Shown piece by piece: positions 19,101-27,696 of a stretch of DNA of 47,977 nucleotides. The stretch is from Acidobacteriaceae bacterium (GTDB lineage Bacteria; Acidobacteriota; Terriglobia; Terriglobales; Acidobacteriaceae). The position numbers were made by a program, and so were the translations under genes. Under the pieces are notes generated by a model. That model was not told the DNA's origin. It ran no database searches and saw only the letters and a list, made by a program, of their open reading frames with translations. Each line of letters starts with the position of its first letter. The stretch's first letter is position 1. The stretch is from assembly GCA_003159355.1 (NCBI GenBank), contig PLPA01000091.1, forward strand, positions 1,118 to 49,094. The letters are read 5' to 3'.

Positions 19101-22100
19101 TTGGGGTCGACTGTCGAACGCAGGGCGTCGTGCCGGGCTATCGCGGCTTCCAGCGCATTTCGCACCTCATCCTCGCTGGCCGTGCCCCGCAGGCGAAGCG
19201 TCAGCGATTCGTTGAAGGCGCAGTTGACGTCGTTTCCGCGCGCCGCGGCAAGCCAGATCTCACGTTGCGCCTCGGTGAGCGGCGCCTCGGTTGGCGCTTC
19301 ATAGCCGGAAGATTTGCCGCGCGCTTCTGGATGCAATTCCAGCGTAGCGGCCGCTGGCGCGAGCAGCTCGGAGACGGCCGGCTGGGAAACGTCCTGCGCT
19401 GCTGAACCGGGCCACATTCCACCCCGGCGCATCTCCTGGATCGATTCGCGAAAGCCTTCGACCACGCTCGAGAAATCCTCGTCGGAGTGCGCGGTGGTAA
19501 AGAAGCAAGGGTAACCCTCAAGGATATGAATGCCCTTCTCGCGCAGGTGGTAATACAGCAGGCTGCCGAAGCGGGCCTCGGCGGGCAGGCTGAAGGTGAA
19601 CCACGCGCCGCACGGATGGACGCTTGTCTCCAGTCCGGCGCCGCGGAAACTTGCTTCCACGGCTTGCGCGGCCGAAGCCACCTTTTGGCTCAGCGTTTTC
19701 TGCAAGGCAGGTCCTGCTTCCTTCAGGTGGTGCAAGACAGCCTTGGCCGCCGCCAGTGCGAGAGGGTGACGCACAAACGTTCCCGCAAAGAAGGTCATTC
19801 CGACCTCAGGAGCCGAATCGTCGCCGTATTGCCAGGCGCCGCCATCGAGCGTGTCGAGATACTCCGCCTTTCCCGCCACTACGCCGATCGGATAGCCGCC
19901 GCCGATAACCTTCCCATAGGTGGCCAGATCGGCGCGAATCCCGTAGTACTCCTGCGCTCCGCCTTGGGCAACGCGGAAACCTGTCACCACCTCGTCGAAG
20001 ATCAGCGCCGTTCCCGCCTGGGCCGTAATGTCGCGCAGCTCGCGCAAGAAGGCCAGCGGCTGCACCTCCGGATGCCGGCTCTGCACAGGCTCGACCAGAA
20101 CCGCGGCGATCTCGCTCGCGTGCGCGCGGATAATCTCCAGAGACTTCTCTGAACCGTATTCCAGCACCATCACGTTGTTGGCGCCTCCCGCCATGATGCC
20201 GGGGGCAATGGGCGCGGCCCCGTGCGGAGTGGCGCGCAGCAGAGCCTCGTCGAAGGTGCCGTGGTAATCGCCGGTAAAGTACACAATCTTGTCGCGCGCG
20301 GTCACCGTGCGGGCCACGCGCAGCGCCGCCATCACCGCTTCAGAACCGGTGTTACAGAACGCGGCGCGCTCCATGCCCGTCATTTCGCAGATCAAAGCCG
20401 CAACTTCGCCGGCCAAATAACTCTGCGGGCCGATCTCCACCCCCAGATCGATTTGCCTGCGCACCGCTTCGGTCACAAACTCCGGTCCGTGCCCGAACAT
20501 GATGGCGCCGAATCCGTTGACTATATCGATGTACTCGTGGTCATCGAGATCCCAGATGCGGGAGCCCTTGGAGCGGCTCGTCACCAAGGGATAGACCATC
20601 TCTTTCCACAGCGACCGGAAGCCGGCCACGGCGCGAGGATCGGCAAGATGCGGCCTGTGCTTCTGCGTATACTCCTTCGACTTTCCCGTGCGCCGCGTGT
20701 ATCGAGTGACGAGTGCTTGGATGTACTCGCGCTGCGCCTCCGTCAGGCCGTCTTTCGTGCCCGCCTGCACCGGCTTGAAGGGCCCGTGGGTTTTGAATCC
20801 GGCGGCGGGCGCGGCTTCAGCTGGCGCGGCTTGCTTGGCTGGGACAGACAATGGGCTCGGCGCCGACTGCGCAGAAGCCTGCTGAGGTCCGGGGGCGGAC
20901 GCCGCGCCGCCTATGGCTGCGAGTTGCTGCGCGAAGAGCTGCGACATGGCCTGCATCTGCGCCTTGAACAGTTCTTCGAGCGGCGAACCTGGAGCGGCGG
21001 ACAGCGCTGGTGCGACAGGCCCAGCCGCAACAGCGATCGCCTGCGGCTGCGCCACTGACTGGGACTGATGCTTAGGCTGCTCCGCTGGAAAGGCATCCGA
21101 GGAAAGAATTGAATCCAGACGGTCGGCAAGCGCGCGAATGCTCGAATACTGTTCAACCATCTGCCGGAAGGTCACCTTCACGCCGAAGCGCCGCTGCACG
21201 GCCTGCGTCGCCTGGGTCAGAAAGAGAGAGTCGAATCCCAGTTCCAGAAAAGACGTATCGACGGATTCAGGGCCGGTGGCGACCCCGCTCAGCTCTTCAA
21301 AGAGGCTTGCCACAATAGGTTGGAGTCGGAGCCGGCGCTCGGGAGCGGTTCCATTTGTGTCGATCGGCATGGCGGTTTCCCTCTTAACGGGTGGTTCAAT
21401 CTCTTGAAGCGCGGGCGGGGCTTGCTGAAGCAAATGGACCGAGGCCGTGCGCTGCGGCGGGTCCACCCAGTGCTTCTTGCGCTCAAAGGGATAGGTGGGC
21501 AGCGAGACGCGCTGTCTGCGCTCATGGCTCCAGAAGCGCTTCCAATCCGGCTGAACGCCGGCCGCCCACAGCCGGCCCAGGGCCTCCAGCATGGTCTCCG
21601 AGCCAAGAGCGTCGGCGGCGCGCTCGGGCATCGACGCCATGATCGGCGTGGCGCAATTGCCGCGCTGCTGGTGGGCAAGAGTGGTCAGCGTTTGCCCCGG
21701 CCCCACCTCAAGCAGCACCGCTCCTGGCAGATCGAGCAGGAGCGCCGCACATTGAGCGAAGCGCACGGGCTGGCGGCAATGGTCCCTCCAGTAGCGAGGG
21801 GTTGTCGCTTCTTGGGGCAGAATCCACGCGCCGGTCACTCCCGACACATAGGGAATCGACGGCGCATGAAGGGTCGCCCGGCGGACCTCATCCTCGAAAG
21901 CGTCCAGCATTGGATCCATCATGGCGGAGTGGAAGGCGTGGGAGGTCCGCAGGCGCTTGCATCCGGCGGACTCCCGCTCCAGCCGCTTCTCCAGCTCCTC
22001 GATGGCATCGACCGGCCCGGATACAACGCACAGAGACGGGCTGTTCAGCGCGGCTATCGAAAGCCGCTCGTCGAGCAAGGGCGCGATCCGCTCCTCGCCG

Positions 22101-24130
22101 AGTCGCACCGAGAGCATCGCTCCCCGCTCCATCTGCTGCATCATCTGGCCGCGGGCAGCCACCAGTCTGAGCCCATCTTCGCGGCTCATCACGCCGGCCA
22201 CAACGGCGGCAACGAACTCCCCCAGGCTGTGACCCGCCATGGCCTTGGGTTCGATTCCCCATTCCATCCACAGGCTGGCCATGGCCAGTTCGGTGATAAA
22301 CAGCGCCGGCTGCGCCAGCCGCGTTTCCATGAGCAATTCGGCGCTTGCTTCGCTATCGGCACCGGCTGGAAAGAGCACCGTGCGCAGGTCGAGATCCAGC
22401 ATCGGCTGCAGAATCTCGGCGCATTCGTCGATCTGCTTCCGATATGCGGGTTCCGCCTGGTAGAGCGCGCGGCCCATGCCTGGAAACTGCGCGCCCTGGC
22501 CGGTGAAGAGGAAGACCGGCTGGGGCCGGCTGAGGATGCCCGCGGATTTGTGAATCTGCCGGCTCGCGGGCTCGGCAAGCATCTGCGCGGCCTCATCCAC
22601 GCTGGAGCACACGGCCGTGGCGCGACGATCGAAGCTGTGCCGCCCGGTCTGGAGCGTAGAAGAGACATCCGCCAGGTTCAGCTCGGGATGCTCGCGCAGA
22701 TGCCGCCCGAGATTCAAGAGCGCCGCATCGAGCGCAGACTCGGAACGCGCGGAGACACAGAGCAACTGGACGGGGCGGGCGGAGGGTTCCGGCGAGGTTT
22801 CCGGCGCCTCTTCCAGCACCACATGCGCATTCACGCCGCCGACGCCAAACGCGCTCACGCCGGCTATGCGCGAACCGGCGGGCTGCCAGGGCGCGGCTTC
22901 GCTGTTCACATAAAATGGCGTGCTCGCGAAATCGATGCGGGGATTCGGCTGGCGGAAGTTGGCCACCGGCGGAATTGTTCTGTGGCGCATGGCAAGCACG
23001 GTCTTGATCAGCCCGCTGATTCCCGCCGCCGCGTCCAAATGGCCGATGTTCGCCTTGGTGCTGCCCAGGGCGCAAAAGCCGCTTCGGCCGGTGCTCTGGC
23101 GGAAGGCGCGGGTGAGCGCGGCAACCTCGACTGGATCGCCGAGCGGCGTTGCGGTGCCGTGCGCTTCCACATAAGTGATGGCGTCCGCGCTAACTCCCGC
23201 CATGGCCTGGGCGGCCGCGATTGCCGCCGCCTGCCCATCCACGCCGGGAGCCATGTAGCTGACCTTTGCCGCGCCGTCGTTGTTCACCGCAAAACCGCGA
23301 ATCACGGCGTCGATCCGGTCGCCGTCGGCAACCGCATCTTCGAGCCGCTTGAGCAGCACCACACCCACGCCGTGTCCGAAGACTGTGCCCGTCGCATCGG
23401 CGTCGAATGGCCGGCAACGCCCATCTTGCGACCCCATGCTGCCTTCCTGATTGACGTATCCGCGATACTGCGGGAAGGTGACCGAGACGCCTCCAGCCAG
23501 CGCCATATCGCACTGATAGGTGAGCAGGCTCTGGCTCGCCTGGCAAACCGCCACCAGCGACGTGGCGCACGCGGCCTGCACCGTAAGGCACGGTCCGCGC
23601 AGGTTCAGCTTGTAGGCCACCCGCGTGCAAAGAAAATCCTTGTCGTTGCCCAGCGCGGCCTGGAACTCGCCCACCTGATAGTTGCCCGTGAGCTCGTCCA
23701 GGAACTCCCGGTTTGCGCTCAGGTTGGCCAGCAAATAGGTGTTAAGGCTGCATCCGCCAAAGACGCCGATCTGCCCGGAGAACTGAGCCGGATCGTATCC
23801 GCCGTCCTCGAGCGCATTGCGGCAGGACTCCAGAAACAGCCGGTGCTGCGGGTCAAGAGAGTCGGCCTCGCGGGGCGGAATGCCGAAGAAGCCGGCATCG
23901 AACAACTCGACGCCTTCCAGAACGCCGTGGGCCGCCACATAGTCGGGACCGAACTCCAAAGACGCGCGGTCTCTGGCTTCCAGTTCGGCACGCGAAAAGC
24001 GGGTGATCGTGTCCTTGCCCGCTGCTACATTTGCCCAGAACGTATCCAGGTCCGGCGCGCCGGGGAACTTGCCCGACATACCGATGATCGCTATGCCTTC
24101 CAGACGATTCTCGTTTTCTAAACTGCTCAT
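16106..24130 (-). CDS. Hybrid PKS-NRPS: KS-AT-ACP-aminotransferase(class III)-C-A-PCP
   Basis: KS: DPQHR, QAACATSL, HGTAT, NIGHL. AT: GQGAQ, GHSLG, HAFH (malonyl type). ACP: LGFDSL. AMT: CNTGSEA, FDEVVTGFR, YGKVIGGG. C: HHMVLDGWS. A: YTSGSTGRPKG, code DILQLGVIWK (Gly). PCP: IFELGADSL. Confidence 0.95.
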   Translation of the reverse strand: MSSLENENRLEGIAIIGMSGKFPGAPDLDTFWANVAAGKDTITRFSRAELEARDRASLEFGPDYVAAHGVLEGVELFDAGFFGIPPREADSLDPQHRLFLESCRNALEDGGYDPAQFSGQIGVFGGCSLNTYLLANLSANREFLDELTGNYQVGEFQAALGNDKDFLCTRVAYKLNLRGPCLTVQAACATSLVAVCQASQSLLTYQCDMALAGGVSVTFPQYRGYVNQEGSMGSQDGRCRPFDADATGTVFGHGVGVVLLKRLEDAVADGDRIDAVIRGFAVNNDGAAKVSYMAPGVDGQAAAIAAAQAMAGVSADAITYVEAHGTATPLGDPVEVAALTRAFRQSTGRSGFCALGSTKANIGHLDAAAGISGLIKTVLAMRHRTIPPVANFRQPNPRIDFASTPFYVNSEAAPWQPAGSRIAGVSAFGVGGVNAHVVLEEAPETSPEPSARPVQLLCVSARSESALDAALLNLGRHLREHPELNLADVSSTLQTGRHSFDRRATAVCSSVDEAAQMLAEPASRQIHKSAGILSRPQPVFLFTGQGAQFPGMGRALYQAEPAYRKQIDECAEILQPMLDLDLRTVLFPAGADSEASAELLMETRLAQPALFITELAMASLWMEWGIEPKAMAGHSLGEFVAAVVAGVMSREDGLRLVAARGQMMQQMERGAMLSVRLGEERIAPLLDERLSIAALNSPSLCVVSGPVDAIEELEKRLERESAGCKRLRTSHAFHSAMMDPMLDAFEDEVRRATLHAPSIPYVSGVTGAWILPQEATTPRYWRDHCRQPVRFAQCAALLLDLPGAVLLEVGPGQTLTTLAHQQRGNCATPIMASMPERAADALGSETMLEALGRLWAAGVQPDWKRFWSHERRQRVSLPTYPFERKKHWVDPPQRTASVHLLQQAPPALQEIEPPVKRETAMPIDTNGTAPERRLRLQPIVASLFEELSGVATGPESVDTSFLELGFDSLFLTQATQAVQRRFGVKVTFRQMVEQYSSIRALADRLDSILSSDAFPAEQPKHQSQSVAQPQAIAVAAGPVAPALSAAPGSPLEELFKAQMQAMSQLFAQQLAAIGGAASAPGPQQASAQSAPSPLSVPAKQAAPAEAAPAAGFKTHGPFKPVQAGTKDGLTEAQREYIQALVTRYTRRTGKSKEYTQKHRPHLADPRAVAGFRSLWKEMVYPLVTSRSKGSRIWDLDDHEYIDIVNGFGAIMFGHGPEFVTEAVRRQIDLGVEIGPQSYLAGEVAALICEMTGMERAAFCNTGSEAVMAALRVARTVTARDKIVYFTGDYHGTFDEALLRATPHGAAPIAPGIMAGGANNVMVLEYGSEKSLEIIRAHASEIAAVLVEPVQSRHPEVQPLAFLRELRDITAQAGTALIFDEVVTGFRVAQGGAQEYYGIRADLATYGKVIGGGYPIGVVAGKAEYLDTLDGGAWQYGDDSAPEVGMTFFAGTFVRHPLALAAAKAVLHHLKEAGPALQKTLSQKVASAAQAVEASFRGAGLETSVHPCGAWFTFSLPAEARFGSLLYYHLREKGIHILEGYPCFFTTAHSDEDFSSVVEGFRESIQEMRRGGMWPGSAAQDVSQPAVSELLAPAAATLELHPEARGKSSGYEAPTEAPLTEAQREIWLAAARGNDVNCAFNESLTLRLRGTASEDEVRNALEAAIARHDALRSTVDPNKECMRIAPALASQIPFVDLSALSAQEHGAFLDARIAEEGRTPFDLNNGPLVRATLFRTAPDEVALLLTGHHMVLDGWSANQLLEDMGRIFSAAKTRSKLALAPLMPFSSYALKEQEEARAGAYVENERYWVDLFEGRAPVLDLPVDRSRPAVKTYNGATLHTSLGAELAAELRKASSRLGCTLYVSLLSAFQILLHRLTRQSEVVVGISAAGQALFDDASLVGHCVHFLPMLSVLQPACPVKEHLAATRSQLLDAYDHQEFTYGTLLRKLPIQRDSSRLPLIEVQFNLEKLGTNLHFEGLHVEVKANPKEFVNTDLFLNIVETGDDLLLNCDYNTNLIDRSTLERWLVSYAAILRGITADASREVEDLDLLEETERSLVLDEWNRTAVDFGPFEPVYRTIERQAAHTPNRVAAICDGVEWTYRQLNEYSNRLARHLRRQGIREGSLVGVSLERSHQMLGAVLGVLKAGAAYLPLDPSHPVSRLELVLADAQASLLLTQEHLASRLHTSARVVCLDSEQTLWARESDSNLDATAKADSLAYVIYTSGSTGRPKGVAIEHSALTNLLRSMEREPGLSASDTLVAVTTLSFDIAALELFLPLMTGARLVIASKEQVFDGFQLLSLLEQSQATVMQATPAGWRILLEAGWKGQPRLKVLCGGEALARDLADSLLDLSGNVWNVYGPTETTIWSSATRLTKKDGPVPIGPPIANTQFYVLDDRLHPVPVGVTGELYIGGSGLARGYWNRPELTAEKFLSNPFGSGRIYRAGDLARWLPDGHIELLGRSDFQVKVRGFRIELGEIEAVLASHPAVRDAVVTAVEAGPGDKRLVAWVVSALAPPPADLDGQLHTLLTAKLPEYMHPAVITVLPALPRTANGKIDRKSLPDPAFAGKTKMRPFTPAVTPQQEKLAAIWADVLKLERVSITDSIFELGADSLLIFRISARAGREGLPIQPAQIFQHRTIANLSSALGEAKGLGLEKAPAGPAIAPVSRERFRRTKV

Positions 24131-26097
24131 AAAGCCGCCTTCCTCTCCGCCCGCGCGCGCGCAAACGCCGCCCGCTGCTTCTGAGCCAGATTCCTGGTCC
24201 GCTCCCGCGCCGCATCCCGCGATCCTGGATCCAGATCCGAACCTCCCAGCCGTTCCGAAAGCGCGCGCACCGTGGTATGCGCAAAGAGCTCCGCGACGGG
24301 AATCTTCTTGTTGAGCATCGTTTGCAGCTTGGCGTGAACTGACACCAACAGCAGCGAGCTTCCGCCGATGTCGAAGAAGTTATCGTCCAGGCCGACGTGA
24401 TCCGCGCCCAGCACCTTCCGCCACGCGCCGGCAACTTCCTGTTGTAGATCCGTGCCCGCGGTTTCCGCACCGTTGCGCGCCGATCCCGCCAGGGGCGCTG
24501 GCAGCCGGGCGAAATCCACCTTGCCGTGGGGAGTCAGCGGAAAGGCCTCGATGGGCAGATACACTGAGGGCATCATCCAGGGTGGAAGCCTTCTGCTCAG
24601 ATACTCGCTCAGTTCGCGGGCCGGGAGCGCCGCGTTCCCATCCGCCACGTAGTAGGCCGCCAGCCGCTTCGTCCCTGCATCATCCGTATGGGCAACCACT
24701 CGCGCCTCCCGAATCCGCTCATGCCCCGCGATGGCGGCTTCGATATCGCCGAGTTCGATGCGAAAGCCTTGAATCTTCACCTGCGCGTCGCCGCGGCCCA
24801 GATACTCGACTTCACCGTCCGGCAGCCGACGGGCCAGGTCGCCGGATCTGTACATCCGCGCGCCTGGAGTGCCGGAAAAGGGATCGGGTACAAAACGCTC
24901 GCCATTGAGCTGGGGACGGTTCAGATACCCGCGCGCCACGCCTGCGCCGCCCACACAGATCTCGCCCACTTCTCCTGCCGGCACCGGCTGCCTGTCGTCG
25001 CCGAGCAGGTAGAGCCGCATATCCGGAATCGGAACGCCAATCAGGCTGCGCGCGCCGTCGGCGGCATCGGCCGCAGTTACTTTCCGGTACGTTACATGCA
25101 CGGTGGTCTCGGTGATGCCATACATATTGATCAACCGCGGCTGCCTGTCGCCATGCTTCGCGAACCATGGCCGCAGCGTCTTGAAGTTCAACGCCTCGCC
25201 GCCGAAGATGATTGTCCGCAGGGCCAATTCCGGCGACGGCCGCGCCTGGTCGACGGTGATGAGTTGATAGAACGCCGACGGAGTCTGATTCAGAACCGTA
25301 ACCTGCTCCCGCGCCAATAACTCATGAAACTCCTCCGGCGCGCGCGAGACGGAGAAAGGAACTACCACGAGCCTTCCGCCGTTGAGCAGGCAGCCCCATA
25401 TCTCCCAAACCGAGAAGTCGAAGGCCAGAGAATGGAAGAGCGTCCAAACATCGTTCTCGTTGAAGCGAAACCACTCCTCCGTCGCGCTCAGCAGGCGCGC
25501 AACATTGCCGTGCGTCACCATCACACCTTTGGGCTTCCCTGTCGATCCTGAGGTGTAAATGACATAGGCCAGGTTATCCAGAGTTGCACCCGGCTCGAAT
25601 GGGGCGTGCCGCGGAGTGAAATCCGCCGAGGTTTCGCGATCCAGGCAAATGGTATGAGCGCCATGGGCCGGCAGCCGGTCGAGAAGATGTTGCTCGGTCA
25701 ACAGCACGGTTGGCCGGGCGTCGTCGAGAATGGCGGCGACCCGTTCGCCCGGATAAGCCGGATCGAGGGGCAGATACGCTCCGCCAGCTTTTAGAACCGC
25801 CAGCAGGGCGACGATAGCCTGGTCGGAGCGCTCCAGAAATACGCCCACCAGCGAATCCGGGCCCACACCCAGACTGCGCAGGCGATGCGCGAACTGGTTG
25901 GCCTGCGCCTGAAGCTCGCAGTAAGAAAGCTGCCGGTCGCCGAAGGTCACCGCCGTGCGGCCGGCGTGCTGCGCCGCGACTTCATCGAAAATCTGCCACA
26001 AAGGCTTCAGAGCGCGGAGAGCCCCGCGCTCGACCGGCCGCTCTGTTGCCTCCGGGGCAATCTCCCATGCGCTTCTCGCTGTTTCAATCATGGTCAT
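24127..26097 (-). CDS. NRPS loading protein: adenylation - PCP, predicted threonine-activating
   Basis: YTSGSTGKPKG, FDFSVWE, NQTPSAF, IFGGEAL, NMYGITETTVHVT give code DFWNIGMVHK (Thr). PCP FFDIGGSSL. ATGA overlap with the PKS gene. Confidence 0.93.
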   Translation of the reverse strand: MTMIETARSAWEIAPEATERPVERGALRALKPLWQIFDEVAAQHAGRTAVTFGDRQLSYCELQAQANQFAHRLRSLGVGPDSLVGVFLERSDQAIVALLAVLKAGGAYLPLDPAYPGERVAAILDDARPTVLLTEQHLLDRLPAHGAHTICLDRETSADFTPRHAPFEPGATLDNLAYVIYTSGSTGKPKGVMVTHGNVARLLSATEEWFRFNENDVWTLFHSLAFDFSVWEIWGCLLNGGRLVVVPFSVSRAPEEFHELLAREQVTVLNQTPSAFYQLITVDQARPSPELALRTIIFGGEALNFKTLRPWFAKHGDRQPRLINMYGITETTVHVTYRKVTAADAADGARSLIGVPIPDMRLYLLGDDRQPVPAGEVGEICVGGAGVARGYLNRPQLNGERFVPDPFSGTPGARMYRSGDLARRLPDGEVEYLGRGDAQVKIQGFRIELGDIEAAIAGHERIREARVVAHTDDAGTKRLAAYYVADGNAALPARELSEYLSRRLPPWMMPSVYLPIEAFPLTPHGKVDFARLPAPLAGSARNGAETAGTDLQQEVAGAWRKVLGADHVGLDDNFFDIGGSSLLLVSVHAKLQTMLNKKIPVAELFAHTTVRALSERLGGSDLDPGSRDAARERTRNLAQKQRAAFARARAERKAAL

Positions 26098-26169
26098 AGT
26101 AAGTCGCCGAAACTGAAAGTGGTCCAGATGGATGTGAGGCTCACTGTTGATGAAGCGATGCTGTCCGTG

Positions 26170-27549
26170 CTAGCCGGTGATGGACATTCTCAGGGCCAGG
26201 CCCAGGCTCAGAAGGACCAGGAAGAAGACCGTTGCCTTCAGATCCTGCCTCCATGTCGAAACGCCCTCGCGGCTGGCTCCCGTGACGGTCACGAAATACA
26301 GCGGCAGATCGCCCGCGGCCACGGCAACCACCGCGCCGAAGAGACCAAAGAAATGGAAGGCCAGGGGAATAGCAGTTAACACGGCCACGCAGTAGAGCGC
26401 GTTGCCGATCGCCGAGTACTGCGACTTGCCGAGAGAGAACAACGCCGGCATGGTCGTCGCATACATCAGCGTGTGCCACAGGCCAAGGGCCAGAACCGGC
26501 ACCATCCACGACGCGGCGTGATACCGGCGATCGTACATTCTCGTAACCAGAAAGCCGCCGAGATGCACCATGAGGCAAAGCATGACCGCGCCTGCCAGCA
26601 GCGCGCGAAGACGATACCGCAGGAACACTCTACGGAATTCGGTCTTCGGCAGGTGGACCATTCTGGCGATGAACGGATAGCCGACTCTTTGGGCGAAAGC
26701 GTTGATGATCGCCCGCGGAATGTCCGAGACCGAATACGCGATGCCGTACACCCCCAGCAGGCTGAAGCTGATCAGTCTTCCCAAGATCAGCCGGTCCGCC
26801 TGCGATGCGAAGAAATAGAAGGCAGTGGACAGCAGAATCCATTTGCCGAAGTGAACCAGGCCATGGAGGCTCTCACGGTCCCAGCAGAAGTGATTCCTGA
26901 TGCCCGGGATCAGCCGGCGGTAAAAGCTGAACGTGAGCCGGTAGGCCGTGCTCAGAATCGCACCTATGACCAGCGCCCACACCGACCGGTAGACAAATGC
27001 GCATCCGGCCGTGACCAGCAGCGTGAAGAGTTGCGTGGTGATGTCGAGCAGGAAGACTCTGCGCACGCCCATGTGCCGCGACATCGAAAGCAGATTGGTG
27101 CTGTTAAAGGAGCTGATGACGACATTGATGCCCAGCGCCGGCAACAGCGCCTTGAGCCGCGGTTCATGGTAGACCAGCGACATCGGCCACGCCAGCATAA
27201 GGGAGACGGCGAAGATGCCCAAGCCACGAAGCACCTGCAAGGTCCAGACGGTATTCAGGAGCGCGGGTTCGTCCCCACGGGGGCTCTGAATCACGTTGGG
27301 CCCCAGGCCGATATCGGAGACCAGGCTGATTCCGACGACGAGCGTCGTGACCAGCGTCATCAGGCCGAAGTATTCCGGCATCAGCAGACGGGTAAGAATG
27401 AGGCTGTTCACGACGCGCAGCCCCATCGAACACGCGTAGTCCAGCACCGTCCAGAACGTGGCCCGCATGGCCTTCGATTCCAGAACCTTCCGGGCCAGCG
27501 CATCCGCAGTGGCGCGGTCGTCCATCACCGTTTCCGGTTCGGTGAGCAT
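26170..27549 (-). CDS. wzx: Wzx-type oligosaccharide flippase
   Basis: LILTRLLMPEYFGLM, SDIGLG, NTVWTL, QADRLILG, LGVYGIA; about 12 TM segments. Start uncertain (27549 or 27525; ORF track 27657). Confidence 0.9.
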   Translation of the reverse strand: MLTEPETVMDDRATADALARKVLESKAMRATFWTVLDYACSMGLRVVNSLILTRLLMPEYFGLMTLVTTLVVGISLVSDIGLGPNVIQSPRGDEPALLNTVWTLQVLRGLGIFAVSLMLAWPMSLVYHEPRLKALLPALGINVVISSFNSTNLLSMSRHMGVRRVFLLDITTQLFTLLVTAGCAFVYRSVWALVIGAILSTAYRLTFSFYRRLIPGIRNHFCWDRESLHGLVHFGKWILLSTAFYFFASQADRLILGRLISFSLLGVYGIAYSVSDIPRAIINAFAQRVGYPFIARMVHLPKTEFRRVFLRYRLRALLAGAVMLCLMVHLGGFLVTRMYDRRYHAASWMVPVLALGLWHTLMYATTMPALFSLGKSQYSAIGNALYCVAVLTAIPLAFHFFGLFGAVVAVAAGDLPLYFVTVTGASREGVSTWRQDLKATVFFLVLLSLGLALRMSITG

Positions 27550-27696
27550 AGGCGCAGATAAGGTCGCGTCGGCTGGCAAGTCACTCTCGTAGTATTGGGA
27601 TATTATTCGTTTCTTCAGATCGGATCGATGCCGCAGGGATGCATTGGAAAAACGCATGTGAATCGCAAGTCCCGGTTCAGCGCCGGCATCGGCCGA

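Noticed and set aside
21320-24121. 933 aa + strand ORF (also 16562-18496, 9947-11152, 3500-4642 and many others)
   Set aside because: These are antisense shadows of high-GC genes. They have no recognisable motifs and fully overlap well-supported CDSs.
24340-24390. Loading PCP possibly inactive (GGSSL instead of GGDSL/GGHSL)
   Set aside because: The phosphopantetheine-accepting Ser is retained; only the preceding residue differs.
1066-26097. Siderophore cluster (NRPS plus TBDR)
   Set aside because: There are no catechol, salicylate or hydroxamate genes or cyclisation domains, and no obvious Fur box. The TBDR is 10 kb from the NRPS, beyond the GTs. Not fully excluded, given the JmjC hydroxylases.
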